Origin: Takakia lepidozioides
Lineage: Eukaryota; Plantae; Bryophyta
Reading direction: 5' to 3'
Assembly: GCA_030704615.1 (NCBI GenBank)
Contig: CM060732.1
Coordinates: 17,484,001-17,548,000, forward strand
Length of the DNA stretch: 64,000 nt
The position numbers and the translations under genes are program-made. The notes below the pieces were generated by a model that was not told where the DNA came from, searched no databases, and saw only the letters and a list, made by a program, of their open reading frames with translations. Positions 1-12,134 of this stretch are shown here, one piece after another (within the stretch, counting starts at the first letter, position 1; each line of letters starts with the position of its first letter).

Positions 1-1640
1 TTGTGAATGTCCAACTCTGAGGCTGATGGATTGTCATATGACTCGGATGTGATGCCGTGAGCAGAGGATGAAAGGACTTGGTGCTCTTCATGATCTGGGA
101 TTGATTTTGAAGGGTTCGAACAGTTGATGTCGTATTTTGAGGCATTTTCTTTGTCATTCCACACGTTCTTCACATCAGAGACTGCCGTGACGCTACTTTT
201 CTGCCGCAGTAGAAGGGTAGTTTTGTTACAAGGTTGCTTGACTTGAGAGGAGCCCGCATAAGCAACACTTTCGCACGCCCGTAGTGGTGTTGTAGGATTG
301 GATGTGAAGCAGTCACTGGTGCTGGTCTCGCTCTCTTTTGTTAGGGGTCGATGTGTGGAGGGGTCGATGCCCATCCTCTGCAACTTTTTCTTGAGATGAG
401 TGTTCCAATAATTTTTTATTTCGTTGTCTGTGCGCCCGGGCAATCGACCTGCTATGACTGACCACCTGGAGTTCCAAAAGAAAAGATCATATAAACAACC
501 TCTTGCTGGAAAACCAACTCCTCTTCAGGAACGTTGCGATGTCACAAGGTATAATCTCACGATAAGACTGCCAAGAAGCTGCTGATCCCACGACCCAGGT
601 GCTTAGACTAGATATCACCTTAAGTAAAGTCTCTCTGATCCCTCAGAATAGGAATGTACAGACATGTGAAAGGAACCTAGATTATTAAATGATCCATTAG
701 TCATCTAGTAAAGAGACGCAATTTGCGAATCCGTCATGATGCTTGCATTTCGCATGAACTGATCTCAGTGGGTTGTCAGTATCTGAGCACTCAGCAACAT
801 GGGCTGATTAATGTTGTTGTTGTGGGTCGGGTTATGTACAAACCTACACAACAATTTAGCAGCTGGTCACGGATCAGTAGGACTGAGCACTACCAAAGTC
901 TCCATGCAGGGATACATAACCTCAGGTGTAACCGGGCATCAACTAATTGAGGAAGTATATCGTTAAATGATCTGCCGAACAGGTGCCGAGCACTGACCTA
1001 TTTCCTAGAGTGGAGTGCATATGAACGATAAGCTTATCCTCTTCTTCAGAAATGTTGCCACGCTTGAGATCTGGACGAAGGTAGTTGATCCACCGGAGCC
1101 TGCAGCTCTTACCACAGCGAAGTAGGCCTGGAATATGCACCATGTACATTGAGAAACTACCGAAATATATTGATGTCGCTCTTCAAAATATCCTTTCCTT
1201 TAGAGCATTGGAATTTCACATTTTGGTTTCAACGGCTCTAGTTCTCGTAGAGTGCAGTGGAACAAGTTGGCCCAACAGCAGCATCACTTATAAAAAGCTC
1301 ATGGCCGCCAGACTCTCTACTGGACCCTGCAACTAGATTTGAATATTCCTAAGATATATGATTTAATTTAGAAACTTGGCTCCTCCTTACTATAATTTTT
1401 CAAGCTCGCGAGCGCCGACACTTCTTGAATATATCATATATGCAGGTGCCTGCAGCTGACAGTCTATTATTTACTTAAAACTTATAGTTGAGCCTGGAAG
1501 TACGAACCTGCAGCCTTCGGCAACGTGCGCCAGCAGCCTTCCCCATGCGCGCTGATGTATGCCATCAGTCTACGATCCTCCTCCCGTGTCCAAGGTCCTC
1601 TGTTTAACCCCACTTTCGTGCAGCAGGGTTGTCGTCCCAT
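1..1640 (-). CDS. R2R3-MYB transcription factor, 3 exons (1640-1508, 1127-998, 465-<1); 3' end lies outside the window
   Basis: Spliced translation [133 protein letters not shown] introns; exons 1 and 2 are 133 and 130 nt, the canonical R2R3-MYB sizes; GIDPxTH motif follows R3. Confidence 0.97.
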
Positions 1641-4061
1641 GCTAATTCAGGGCACTGCTCGCCCACTGTTCGCAGTTCTTGATGAAAAAGAGGCCAGGGC
1701 CTACATTAACTCAATAACACAGTTCTATAAGTGAAGTTAATAGTCAGCATCGAATTGGTAGTTCATGTCATGTTGATTCGGACCTTGTTATAAAGGTGGA
1801 GTGAATGGGAGGGGATCAAGAAAGAATCGCTTTCACGAACGGTTCAGCGGTTATAGGTTCAAAGAGTATATTGGTAAAAATTTGGGATTTGTTGCACAGT
1901 GGCCCTGACCTGAAGTCAATGACCCCATATAATACTTGGAAGAGGCCTACATGGCATGAGCACTCTTCGTAATTACTCCTTCTTTTGGAATGCTCGTTAA
2001 AAATCCTCCTTTTTCAATTTTGTAGATGGGCGCGCAGTGCCTTTTCGCAGTTCGGTCCTGTTCCGGACACAATATGACTCAGCATGCCAGGAGGCAAATC
2101 CTGATCACGTGCGACATCTATAACTACCAAGAACATCGATATATATGGTCGCTCATAGTCGCAAGTTCGGCAGGGAGAGCTAGTCTAACAGGTTGAGGAG
2201 ATAGAAATCCATGCTGTCTGTGTCCACACTCACTGCATCAGACAGAGAGAACCGCTGAAGCCTCTTCAAGAGAGAAAAGAAGAGACAAACTCCAAGAAGA
2301 AAGGACCTGTAGGCATATCCATGGAGGGTATTAGTTCAGGTGTTTAAAGATCAGCCAACGAAAGAGAGAGAAACTTATCGAGCTAACGAGACCCGGGCGA
2401 CGCTAACGGGTGAAGCTTGTCCAATTTTATCTGTGCTCTGATCATAGAGAGATCCATTTACGCACGGGTGTTTTGAATCTTCACTTGAAATGGGCTTGAA
2501 ATGTACTACAAGTTTATATGATCTGGAGAGAAGGACATGCGAACTTGGTGCTGCAAGTGCAGCTATGGGGCTCGCCGCTCCACTAAGCCGCAGTGCAAGA
2601 GGTTTATAGTGGAGGCTATAGATGCTCTCTCCTTACCGCTTGTACTCTGGCACTCGAGTACTTAGGGCTTCATCGCCCTTTCATTATGTACTGTTTCCCA
2701 CCATTCCATTGCCGTGGGGGCAATGGCATCCGGTTTGTACCCTCTGATGCGGCCAACTGCTCCATGGTAGTCTTGTCTACCATCTTCCAGTGAATCTAGC
2801 TTCCGCTTCTCCAATCTATTTGATCTAGTGTTGAATGGGGAAGTGCTCATCAAATATCTCACAGTAGATCTGTAAACCCCTGGTGTAGGCTCGCCTTAGG
2901 GATCACACTCAAGTTTGGGAGTGGAGGGAGAGTGGCACGCCAGAATGGGGGTGTATGTTCCATCCTTGAATTGTCATGTACATGGGCTGTCCCCATCATC
3001 TCAAACCATGGTCAAGTGTCTTGTTGTCCTCACAGATATGTCAACCTGTCCTAGAACGCCATGGTCTTGTCCTGCAACGACGTGCGCCAATAGGCACACC
3101 GTGCACACCCATCATCTTGAACAAAAGATTTTTTCTACATAGCACCAACCCACCCCTCGCACCCTTACTAAGTCAATTACAATGAGTTTTACAGTGCCCC
3201 TGCATCTGCAGTGTATGATTGCGACATGCTATATAATCTGTTTTTCGTCCTTGGAAAGAATGAGGTCATCGAGTCTCGGATGTAACCCTTTTCTACTCAC
3301 ACGATCGTGGTAAATGGAGTTGTTTCGAATTGAGCAGCAAAAACATGGAGGAGGTGGAGTAACTGGGGAGGGGCAGGCGCAGGCGGTGTGAGACGCAGCG
3401 TACGGCGCAAGCCAAGGCAACACAGGCCACGCTGTGGCTACCTCGCTGTCTTACGCTGTGCGCCTGCAATACCTTTAGTCCATGCATGCATTGCTCATAC
3501 CCACTGTCTTACTTGTCAGGTACCCATTGCAGATCATTGCTGGAAAGCCTAGAAGTCTGGGCGACCATTTCTGTCAATCATGCGATGAATGCGGTTATCT
3601 CATCATGTTGCAATTTGCTTAGACGGTAGTCACCAGCTTGACATCCTAAATGCAGTTGCTCCATGACCAATCTGGAGTTTCACCGGCCCAGCTATGCAGC
3701 TGCTGTATATGTGTTTTGATCACCGGTTCCTTAGCTTTTATAGATAAGTTGGTCCGGCCAAGGAGAATATCCTGGGTCCGAGGAAGTTTAGGGAGTAGGG
3801 TCATGAAGATTTAGATGTCACTGCACATAAGAAATAAGTCCCCCATGGCCCTGTCCATTAGAAGATGGTCCAGGAATTAAAAAGGGGGTATATAGTAGTG
3901 TATAGTGCTACACAAGGATTTGAAAAATAATCCCTGTGTAAGGGGGTCCAGAAAAAGCCGGTAGGAAGGCAACAGATATTAAATGGAGGATGGTCCAGGC
4001 GCCAAATTGGGTAAGTAGAGTACAGGTGTCAAGTGGTGGTATGTAGGGGTGACATGTGTGG

Positions 4062-4104
4062 GGCCCTGAGATTTCCTCAGGCCCTGAGATTTCCTCAGGC
4101 CCTG
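4062..4104. repeat. Short tandem repeat of an 18-bp unit GGCCCTGAGATTTCCTCA (~2.4 copies) with internal dyad CTGAG-N5-CTCAG
   Basis: Read directly from the sequence. Confidence 0.85.
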
Positions 4105-4988
4105 TAAAACTGACCGTTGTAATATGTTCCTACCTACCCCAGCTATGACCACAAACATTCTGGTCCAAATCGACCCGCCGGATTACAAGATTATAATGTT
4201 GAAAATTGGGTCAAAAACAAATTTCCTATTTACAATGGGGTAAAAAACACAGCTTTTCTTATTGAATTTCCCAGCTGTGAAATGTTTTGACATGACACAA
4301 ACCAGAATCTTGTACCCTGCCAGGTAAGACACCTGCCCTGAAATTTTCAGCTTTTTCTGATATGTTCTCATGTGGGCTGCTTTGTATGGCCAATTTGGGG
4401 GGTCAAATTTCCCAACTTCAAAGGGGCAAGCACAAAACCGTATTAAAAAATTTGGTGAAAAGATCTGAACCGTTGAATTGTCAATCGCTCCGGTTGTACT
4501 GTAGTGGGCAGGTTTTTGTAAGCACAGAATAACTTTCGCGCCAATCGGAGCTTCCCTTCATATGATTTTATCCCCTGCCCATGGCTTCTCCATGTGCACC
4601 TACGTTTGCCTATATTTTTTGGCCAATAGCCCTAAGGTATGTGGGTTTTGGGGGGGGTGCCTTTGCCTTTACCCGCCATTGAGGGGGCGCAATAAAGGGT
4701 GTTGGGAGTCGCGTCACCCTGCGCAAGTAAGGGGTGCGTGGAATTTCTCTTTAACCTAACCTAGTTGAACGTAGGTTGGAGGGCAGGTTAGCTGCCCAAA
4801 ATGGGGCTAAAAACCACGAGTGTGGCAGACTCTAGGTGTTCCACATGGCTGGGGCCAAGCCCAATGACGAATTGGGAAATGTCACCTCATAGCTGACGCG
4901 ATTACCTATCCAAAGGATATCACATTGCACTCTACATTCACAACACGTTTATTTATAGGTGACTGTTTTTTGTTGCTTACATCGCTAG

Positions 4989-5190
4989 GTCCCAGGGGAG
5001 TGGATATTGGGTGAAGATGAGGGAGGAATGGAGCCCTTCAGTGCCACTGGTAGTGTTGAGTGCAACCTATGTGGATTAAGCTTTCTTATCGTAAAGATCG
5101 GTTGCTCGCTCACCTCGGCTATAAAGGTGTGAAGAGCGCTGGGGTGGGTTTATGCCCTAAAGCATATATGCGGGTAGAAAGCCACTTCTT
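4989..5190 (+). pseudogene. hAT transposase fragment 1: BED-type zinc finger (frameshifted)
   Basis: EW...VECNLCGLSF/SYRKDRLLAHLGYKGVKSAGVGLCPKAYMRVESHF gives W..Cx2C..H..C, the BED pattern. A possible AG acceptor lies at 4987-4988. Confidence 0.75.
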
Positions 5191-5209
5191 CATCCAGATG
5201 TTCAACATG

Positions 5210-5518
5210 TTGAGGTCTTCTATAATGTCTCTTGCTTCGTAATGAGGTGCTTCTCCAACTCTTATTTTTCCAATGTTAATATTTTCCATCTGGAACATAT
5301 CCACACATGCGTATATAAAGACTGAAAAAATCAAGTGACCATCAAAACTGGAAGCTGGGGATGAGGCTTATAAAAGTGGAGATGGTCATTTGTTTTTTTA
5401 AGGATTTTTGCACACATGTGTGGATCTGTTCCAGGTGGAGAATATCAACATATTGGATAAAGTGGACATTGAGAAGCATCGAATTACGAGGCAGGAGACA
5501 CTACAAAAAGAGCTTCAA
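5210..5518. repeat. Long imperfect inverted repeat (hairpin 1): arms 5210-5343 and 5381-5518, ~37-nt loop
   Basis: TCCATCTGGAACATATCCACACATG pairs with CATGTGTGGATCTGTTCCAGGTGGA; GTCTCTTGCTTCGTAAT pairs with ATTACGAGGCAGGAGAC; TGACCATC pairs with GATGGTCA. Confidence 0.9.
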
Positions 5519-5554
5519 AGTGCATACCATGTAACAGGTCCCAGTATAATTGAA

Positions 5555-5945
5555 GACGAAACCTCATTCATTCAATGGGTGATTGAATGGTTGCCCATCC
5601 AAATGATTTCGTTTGCTTTCAATCTTTGCCACTATGTTCAACATACCATGTATCAGGTCCCGGACTAATATGAGATCAATCGAAATTCATTCGATGGCTC
5701 AACGGATGGTTGGCCATCGAAATGATTTTGGTTCGCTTTGAGACTTGGCCACTATGTTCAATGTGCCATGTAAGAGGCCCCATAGTAATATGAGATCAAT
5801 CGAAATTCGTTCATTGGGCCAACGGATGGTTGCCCATCCAAATGATTTTCGTTCATTTTGAAACTTGGCCAGTGTGTTCAATGTACCCTCTGATATGTCC
5901 CAGTGTAATACGAGATCAATCAAAATTCGTTCGATTGTCCAATGA
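5555..5945. repeat. Tandem array of a ~121-bp unit (~3 copies), block 1
   Basis: Recurring GAGATCAATCGAAATT...AACGGATGGTTG(G/C)CCATC..AATGATTTT...AACTTGGCCA...TGTTCAATGT at ~121-bp spacing. Confidence 0.9.
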
Positions 5946-6569
5946 GGCGTTCACTTGTCATCTGGTTTTTGTTCAATGCGAAAAAAGAAATCTTGCATTG
6001 CGTGTACGGCTATTGTACCCATTGAACGGATGTGGTTGAAGCCCTATTTTGCCCGCATGTGCTTGAACATGTGTGCGACACATGTGCGGAGACACAACAG
6101 ACGAATAAATCATTTGCCTCCCCATCGACGCGCTCCCCCCTCAAGCTATTCCACAATTTAATTGAATTTAAATTTATTTTAAGTCAATAAATAAGTTTGC
6201 AGTGCCTTTCATTGGGGGTTTCTGGCACGTATCGATTTTGTTTTTGGCTCAATTTTGTTCTGCGGCTTCCAGCATCCTACCGCTACTCCCCTGCCAAAAT
6301 TTGGACCAATAAAAAATGCCCCAAAAAAAAGTGTTCTCTTCGCTCACTATTGCATAACTCTCTATGAAGAGTGTACGAAGTAGAACACAAAATCAAGTTT
6401 GGAGTGCAAAACAGGGAAGAAACTGTGGTTTTGGGTCCAAATGAATTTTGATCGCTCCCAAATTTGGCACGCACATTGCATATGCCTACATTACACGCCC
6501 CTTTTGAAAACGGAAAAAAAATAAAATCGTGAGTATGCGAAACACAGTCCAACAGGTCCCAAAGCAATA

Positions 6570-6946
6570 GCAGATCCAACGGAATATATTCAACGGGTGA
6601 ACGGATGGTTGCCCATCCAAATCATTTTTGTTTGCTTCCAAACTTTGCCAGTACTTTCGAGACACCCTCTCACAGGTCCCGGACTAATATGAGATCAATC
6701 GAAATTCATTCGATGGCTCAACGGATGGTTGGCCATTGAAATGATTTTGGTTCGCTTTGAGACTTGGCCACGATGTTTAATGTGCCATATAAGAGGCCCC
6801 AGAGTAATATGAAATCAATCGAAATTTGTTCAATGGGCCAACGGATAGTTGCCCATCCAAATGATTTTCGTTCGCTTTGAAACTTGGCCAGTGTGTTCAA
6901 TGTACCCTCTGATACGTGCCAGTGTAATATGAGATAAATCGAAATT
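6570..6946. repeat. Tandem array of the same ~121-bp unit (~3 copies), block 2
   Basis: Near-identical to block 1; the spurious ORFs 5699..5923 and 6718..6900 translate almost identically. Confidence 0.9.
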
Positions 6947-7394
6947 ATTTTGTGCTTTGAGAATTTTGTGGGTATGTTCGTAGAAAGATCATAGATTTTG
7001 CGAAATGATTATGAAATACGCAGGGACCAGACGAAATTTGTTTGGAAGACGACCGTTCGTAACTCGTTAGAACTTATTGATTAACATCAATTTTCCTTGT
7101 TCTCCAGCTTTCGGAGTTCATTGCAAATACCCACATACACGTCATGACCAAATATGACACCATTGTAAATTTGTTTACAGGGTGAAATACTTCTTCCCCA
7201 TCACACGAGTGTAAATGTGAAAAAAACGCTGCTCATACAATTGAAATTGACAGGTGCCGCACATGTGCATTGTGTATTAACAAAATTGGTGATATACAAA
7301 ATTGGCGGAATGCCATCACTGTGTTTTCCAACAATATTCAAGGTACAACAAAAATGCATATTGTATATGTACTACGCTGTCAGTCATTGAAAGC

Positions 7395-9320
7395 CTAGTC
7401 ATCACTGTTCGAGGACAAAGAATTTGATGTTGTGGCCTGATTTGCACTGCCAATTGCCAGAGCTTGTGACCGTGATCTTGTGGTCAATGAGGGGCCCAAT
7501 GGCATGTGATCAATTATGGCGTGCATCCGCCTACTTCGCGGCGAAAGTTGACTTTCTTCTTCACTCTCACGACGTGGCGGAGGTGGATTGAGAACAAGTG
7601 CTCGGGCTGCATGCAAATCGGCAACGAGGCCGTCCACATCCGGCAATAGAGCCTCCGAAACACGTTGATAACGGTCTGTCCATAGTCGCCTTCATTTCTC
7701 TACAACTGCCTTGATGGTACTTTTGAAACTTTCCAACTGCCTCTCGCAGTCCCTGTCACTAATTATTGTGTCGTTTTGACGATAAGCCGCCTCGTACGCC
7801 TCATTCATTCGGCGTTGACATATTATAGCATCTTCCAGTTCGGACAGCAACAAATGTATTCCAATAGGTTGTCGGTCATACAATTCGTTCTCCTCCGGCA
7901 CCCATGGAACTTGTGGGAGCCGGATAAACCTGGACCTTCTTTGACTCCAATGCCCTCCCACATTGTGGCAAAACTGCTCTCTCTCCCACTAATCTCGAAT
8001 GCCTCCCGCAGGTATGGTTATCTCCCAGTCAGATGTGACCCAGAAATACTCGGGATCTTTGATGTATGCCGGGTTTCCGGCATGTATGCCATGCATCTCT
8101 CTGTCTGCATTCCATACCAAGTTCTTGCCCCAATGCATATAATTCAGAAATGTGAATGGTAGCCCAATCCAATGGGAGGTTGTGTCGATTGTATTCAAAA
8201 ACCTATGGGCATCCGATCCTCCAAGCCCACCAGCTCATTGAAACGGCGATGGATTGGTGTACAACATTATGGGCAAGCGCTCATCCGCAAGGCTTGCGGG
8301 ATAAGACATGTGAGATGGAACATATGACCACATGATCCAAGCACATGACATCCCTCTGGGCCGTATGGATTCCTACACATCGAACAAACTGTGTCATCTA
8401 ATATCCATGACGGCAAAACGCCTCGTGGTATTTCCTGGGCAGAAGCATGCTACAGTGGCTCACTTTTGTCCAGTCTACTCTAATCTACTCTCATTTTTTC
8501 ATCTTCAAAATACAACAGCTTTGTTTGGAAACCAATTTTTCGGTGATCTCAAATTGAGTTGACAACAAAAATAAATTGCAAAATCTAATTTGAAGTTCGT
8601 ATGAAAAAAGATATAAATGAAAGTAGACTAGTTTAGACTGGACAAATTTTTTGCAAAGTGAGTCACTGTAGCATGCTTCTGCCCTCCTCCCTCTGGGCCA
8701 GTTTGATGTGGCTGGTCATCCTTGTTGTGGTGTCCCACTCTTCCTCTATCTCCAATTTCCAGTTTATGCTTCTGTTCGACCCCGAAATTTTGTGCTTACA
8801 TCGATCGAACATAGAATCCACATCTGCCCAATTGGTATACCCGGCGAACACGCTTGATGCGATGCGAAGATCGTTATACCTTTGCATGTTGGCATAAATG
8901 CTATCCATGCTACGGTTCGACATACGTGCAACACGTTGCAAGCCTGACAGTGCCCGCTCTACCCATGCTTCTCTGGAGACCAAACGGGTCGCCCATTGTA
9001 CCCAATTCTCCCAATTGCCATTCAATGGGACCCATGCCCGAATCTCCAGCGTTTTGGACAAGCGCCATGCAGTTGCCATGACAATGTCCCGCTCCTTTGC
9101 AACGCGTTCGACATCTAATATCAGATTCATCTCGGATTGAATGGCGACCCTTGAGCATTCCCCGGTTTCCAGTACTGGTTCTTCCTTTCTTTTTTCTCTC
9201 ATCCGCAATTCGCTGTTCCTCAACCATGGCTTCATCAGCCACAGGGTCAAGGACGTCCGTAATTTCGTGAATGATGAGGTCAATACTGCGATCGGGCATC
9301 GCAAACTCCGCGTCCATGTC
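7395..9320 (-). pseudogene. TE-borne RING-H2 zinc-finger (putative E3 ligase) gene, disrupted by a MITE, stop codons and frameshifts
   Basis: 8386-8264 reads CSMCRNPYGPEGCHVLGSCGHMFHLTCLIPQALRMSACP*C (C3H2C3). ORFs 7989-8198, 7692-7961 and 7395-7646 share one frame. Removing the MITE at 8437-8684 plus one TSD fuses ORF 8663-9328 in frame to the RING (..LAQREEIPRGVLPSW..). Confidence 0.85.
8437..8684. mobile_element. 248-bp MITE with long TIRs and a 4-bp TCCT target-site duplication
   Basis: TIR GGGCAGAAGCATGCTACAGTG(G/A)CTCACTTT at both ends with further subterminal pairing. TCCT at 8433-8436 and 8685-8688. Excision restores the host reading frame. Confidence 0.93.
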
Positions 9321-9339
9321 CACGACATTTGTTCGATCC

Positions 9340-9945
9340 TTATTCGACAACAGTGCCTTCATTGTTTGGAGGCATGTCTTGCAATCTAGCTTCCAACTCG
9401 GCTATGCGTAGTGTTTGCCAGTCTACTCGGTCCTGCAGGGTCCTGATTCGCTGGTCTATTTCCGCCAGTTGTTCCTCTAACGTTGCAGCCGGTTGTATTC
9501 TGAACGTATCTGGGATGTACTCCAAATCGTATAGCAACCTTGCGTTCCTCCTACTAGCAGTTTGTCAATTCACTAGACGCAAGAGTATGACCTCCACGTA
9601 TAACATGGCTGCCAAGGTGTAGGGGATTTGGCCCTTTAAGAGAGGTTGATCCCACAATGTGCAATGCACCTCAGTTGCCCTATACTGGAAATGCAAGTTC
9701 GTGCAAGACCTGGACTCTGCGTAATTGTTTCGGGTTTGCACGTCATGCCTATCCAAAGGCCACAATCGATTGATGTGGTATCATTTCACGAATTTTTTGC
9801 ATCTCGCCATCGGCCACATGAACTCTTCTAGAACATCCTCCCAGCCTTCTTCTGCTAGTATGTTAGGGTCACCATATACTTCCCAATTCAAGTCTTGTCT
9901 GACCATTTGATTTTCTTAGGGGGCGGTCCATATTCATTGGGGTCA
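9340..9945 (-). pseudogene. Orphan TE cargo gene ('gene A') with C-terminal coiled coil; several in-frame stops
   Basis: Continuous frame ..EEGWEDVLEEFMWPMARCKKFVK*YHINRLWPLD..LYVEVILLRLVN*..TLEEQLAEIDQRIRTLQDRVDWQTLRIAELEARLQ. A related motif occurs at ~14830-14920 (+). Confidence 0.6.
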
Positions 9946-10276
9946 TCTCTTCAATGATGGTCATCGTCCTGGCCCTCTGCCATTCTGCAACAATCGGAGC
10001 AACACTAAACGATGTTTACTAATAAGACGTAACTCTAAACCCTTCACCATAAACGAGTTTGAGTAGGTGTCAAAATAGTTCCTAAAAGCTAATTTTGTAG
10101 AATAAAATGATCCTGGAAGCCAGAGGAGGGCCTATAGGAGCATTCTGCAACGACCTCGCAGAAATCGCGGCAAAAAATACCCCCCCACCCAACCAATGGC
10201 CTCTTTCTCCACGTGACTACGTGTCGTGGAATAATGAAATACCACGCACACAAAAGTTGTGTGGAGAGGAAGTGAG

Positions 10277-11860
10277 GGCAAACATGTTGTTGACACGTTA
10301 TCCCCATATGTACTATCAAGGTTGTGCTGCTCATATCCTTGACCTCCTTTTGGAAGATTGGGGAAAAGAACAGTGGGTGAAACAACTTGTCAAGCGAGCG
10401 AAGACTGTTGTGTCGTTCATCCGCACACACCACATCCCTTTGGCAATATATAGGAGGCACGAACCCAAATACAGCCTCCGCAATCCAGGCGAAACTCGTT
10501 TTGCCACTAACTTCTTGATGGTGGATCGTTTGGTGACGGTGAAGAGTAGTCTGGAGCACACCATCATCGATCCTCAATGGGATGCGTATACACGGACATT
10601 GCGGGACTCCAGAAAAGCCAAGTCATTGGGCAAAAGTCGAAAAGTTCGAAATAGCATTCGCAGCGATGATTTCTTGAAGAAATGTGAAAACATTGGCTCC
10701 CATTGCGAAGCGTATTCTTGCTCAAGTGTGCTCTGCCTCATCTTGCAAACACAATTGGAGCAATTACTCATTTATTCACAACAAGATTCGCAACAGGTTG
10801 AATCCCGCGAGGGCTGACAAATTGGTGTATGTGTATACCAATTGCCGACTGCTACTTGAGAGGGCAGCGGATGATGCTGCAGCATGGTATGAGATGAATT
10901 TGCATTCCGAAGACTCTGCTTCTGAGGTTGATTCGACGAGTGACGATACTAAGCCTCAGAGAGAATCATCTCAGAGGGAATCATCTGCCTCTGATAGTGA
11001 AGACGGATCCGATGATGCTCCCGAAAATGCGTATGACCCGTTTACATTCACAGAGGATGATGTTTATATCCAGCCGACCTTTGATGACCTTCTTGAAGAA
11101 GTGCGTATCGCAGATGAAGGTGAAGCTGCAATTGTGTCATCCCCAGAACATGGTCCTCAAAATGAACGCTGAAGCCACTGGTAGTGCCCCAATGGAGCTT
11201 ACGGGTGATGTACTTCCAGGACCGATCAACGTACGTAACCCTGTTCATACAAACGATGGTATCGAACCCATTGTACAGTCAACGGGACGGGATCATGCCT
11301 CACCGATACGACCAGCTTCACCACAATGCCAAAACCGATCCAGCTCCCCATCAACACAGCGGACATTAAGGAGCAACATGGTTGATCTGTTTTCCACACG
11401 CATGCATCGACCGGGCGGAAGTTGAAGCCTCGGATGATGACAACCTGCAACTACAATTCCACCTTAACCGACATGTTGCGCAGCAGACCCGTGATTCCTC
11501 ACATGTCGGACCATCTAATGCCAGTTCATCTCGGGCAGACCCCCCTTCGGTACCTCCTTCGAGACCACCTTCGGATTGCGTCCCAAGTCTATAAATGACA
11601 GAGAACAGTCCAGCCTTTTGTAGGCGATCGGCCCACAAACAGACCAGATACCGTGTATGGTATTCAAGACCGGAGTGGGAGTCAACCTTAAAGAGAACTA
11701 AATGTGGTTCGAGGTCGCTTGCAGATTCAAAGGCCTGGACATATGAGGTCGGATAGGGAAGACGATTCCAGCACTGATCATGGCAACGGTGGTGAAGTCG
11801 AGGTTGACCCGGATTTTCAACCCGTTAGGATCTTCTTCGTCCCGCCGTCAAAGCAGTAGA
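10277..11860 (+). pseudogene. hAT transposase fragment 3: catalytic core (internally deleted), C-terminal dimerisation domain and acidic tail
   Basis: YPHMYYQGCAAHILDLLLEDWG (CxxH), PGETRFATNF, and LAQVCSASSCKHNWSNYSFIHNKIRNRL..ADKLVYVYTN, where the consensus CERNW is degenerated. Frameshift/deletion at ~10685. Confidence 0.92.
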
Positions 11861-12134
11861 AGGAATTGAAGCAAAACAGCTGTAGGCATGCATCAACACA
11901 TTTTAGTGGACATGATTATATTTCTGTAGTGAAGTAATACCAATGTGATCATTGTCACTATGAGTATTTGTATTGCTGTTGTGTATGTGTTGGAAAATAA
12001 AAGATGTTGCCCATGTGTATACCAGCCAAAATGTCGGCCAAAGACACCGTCACTTGTTCATGTTTGTGTTCGATGATTTGCTTGTGGAATGGAGAACAAT
12101 TGTGCCATGCTTTCAACTGTGCATTCATTTTTAT

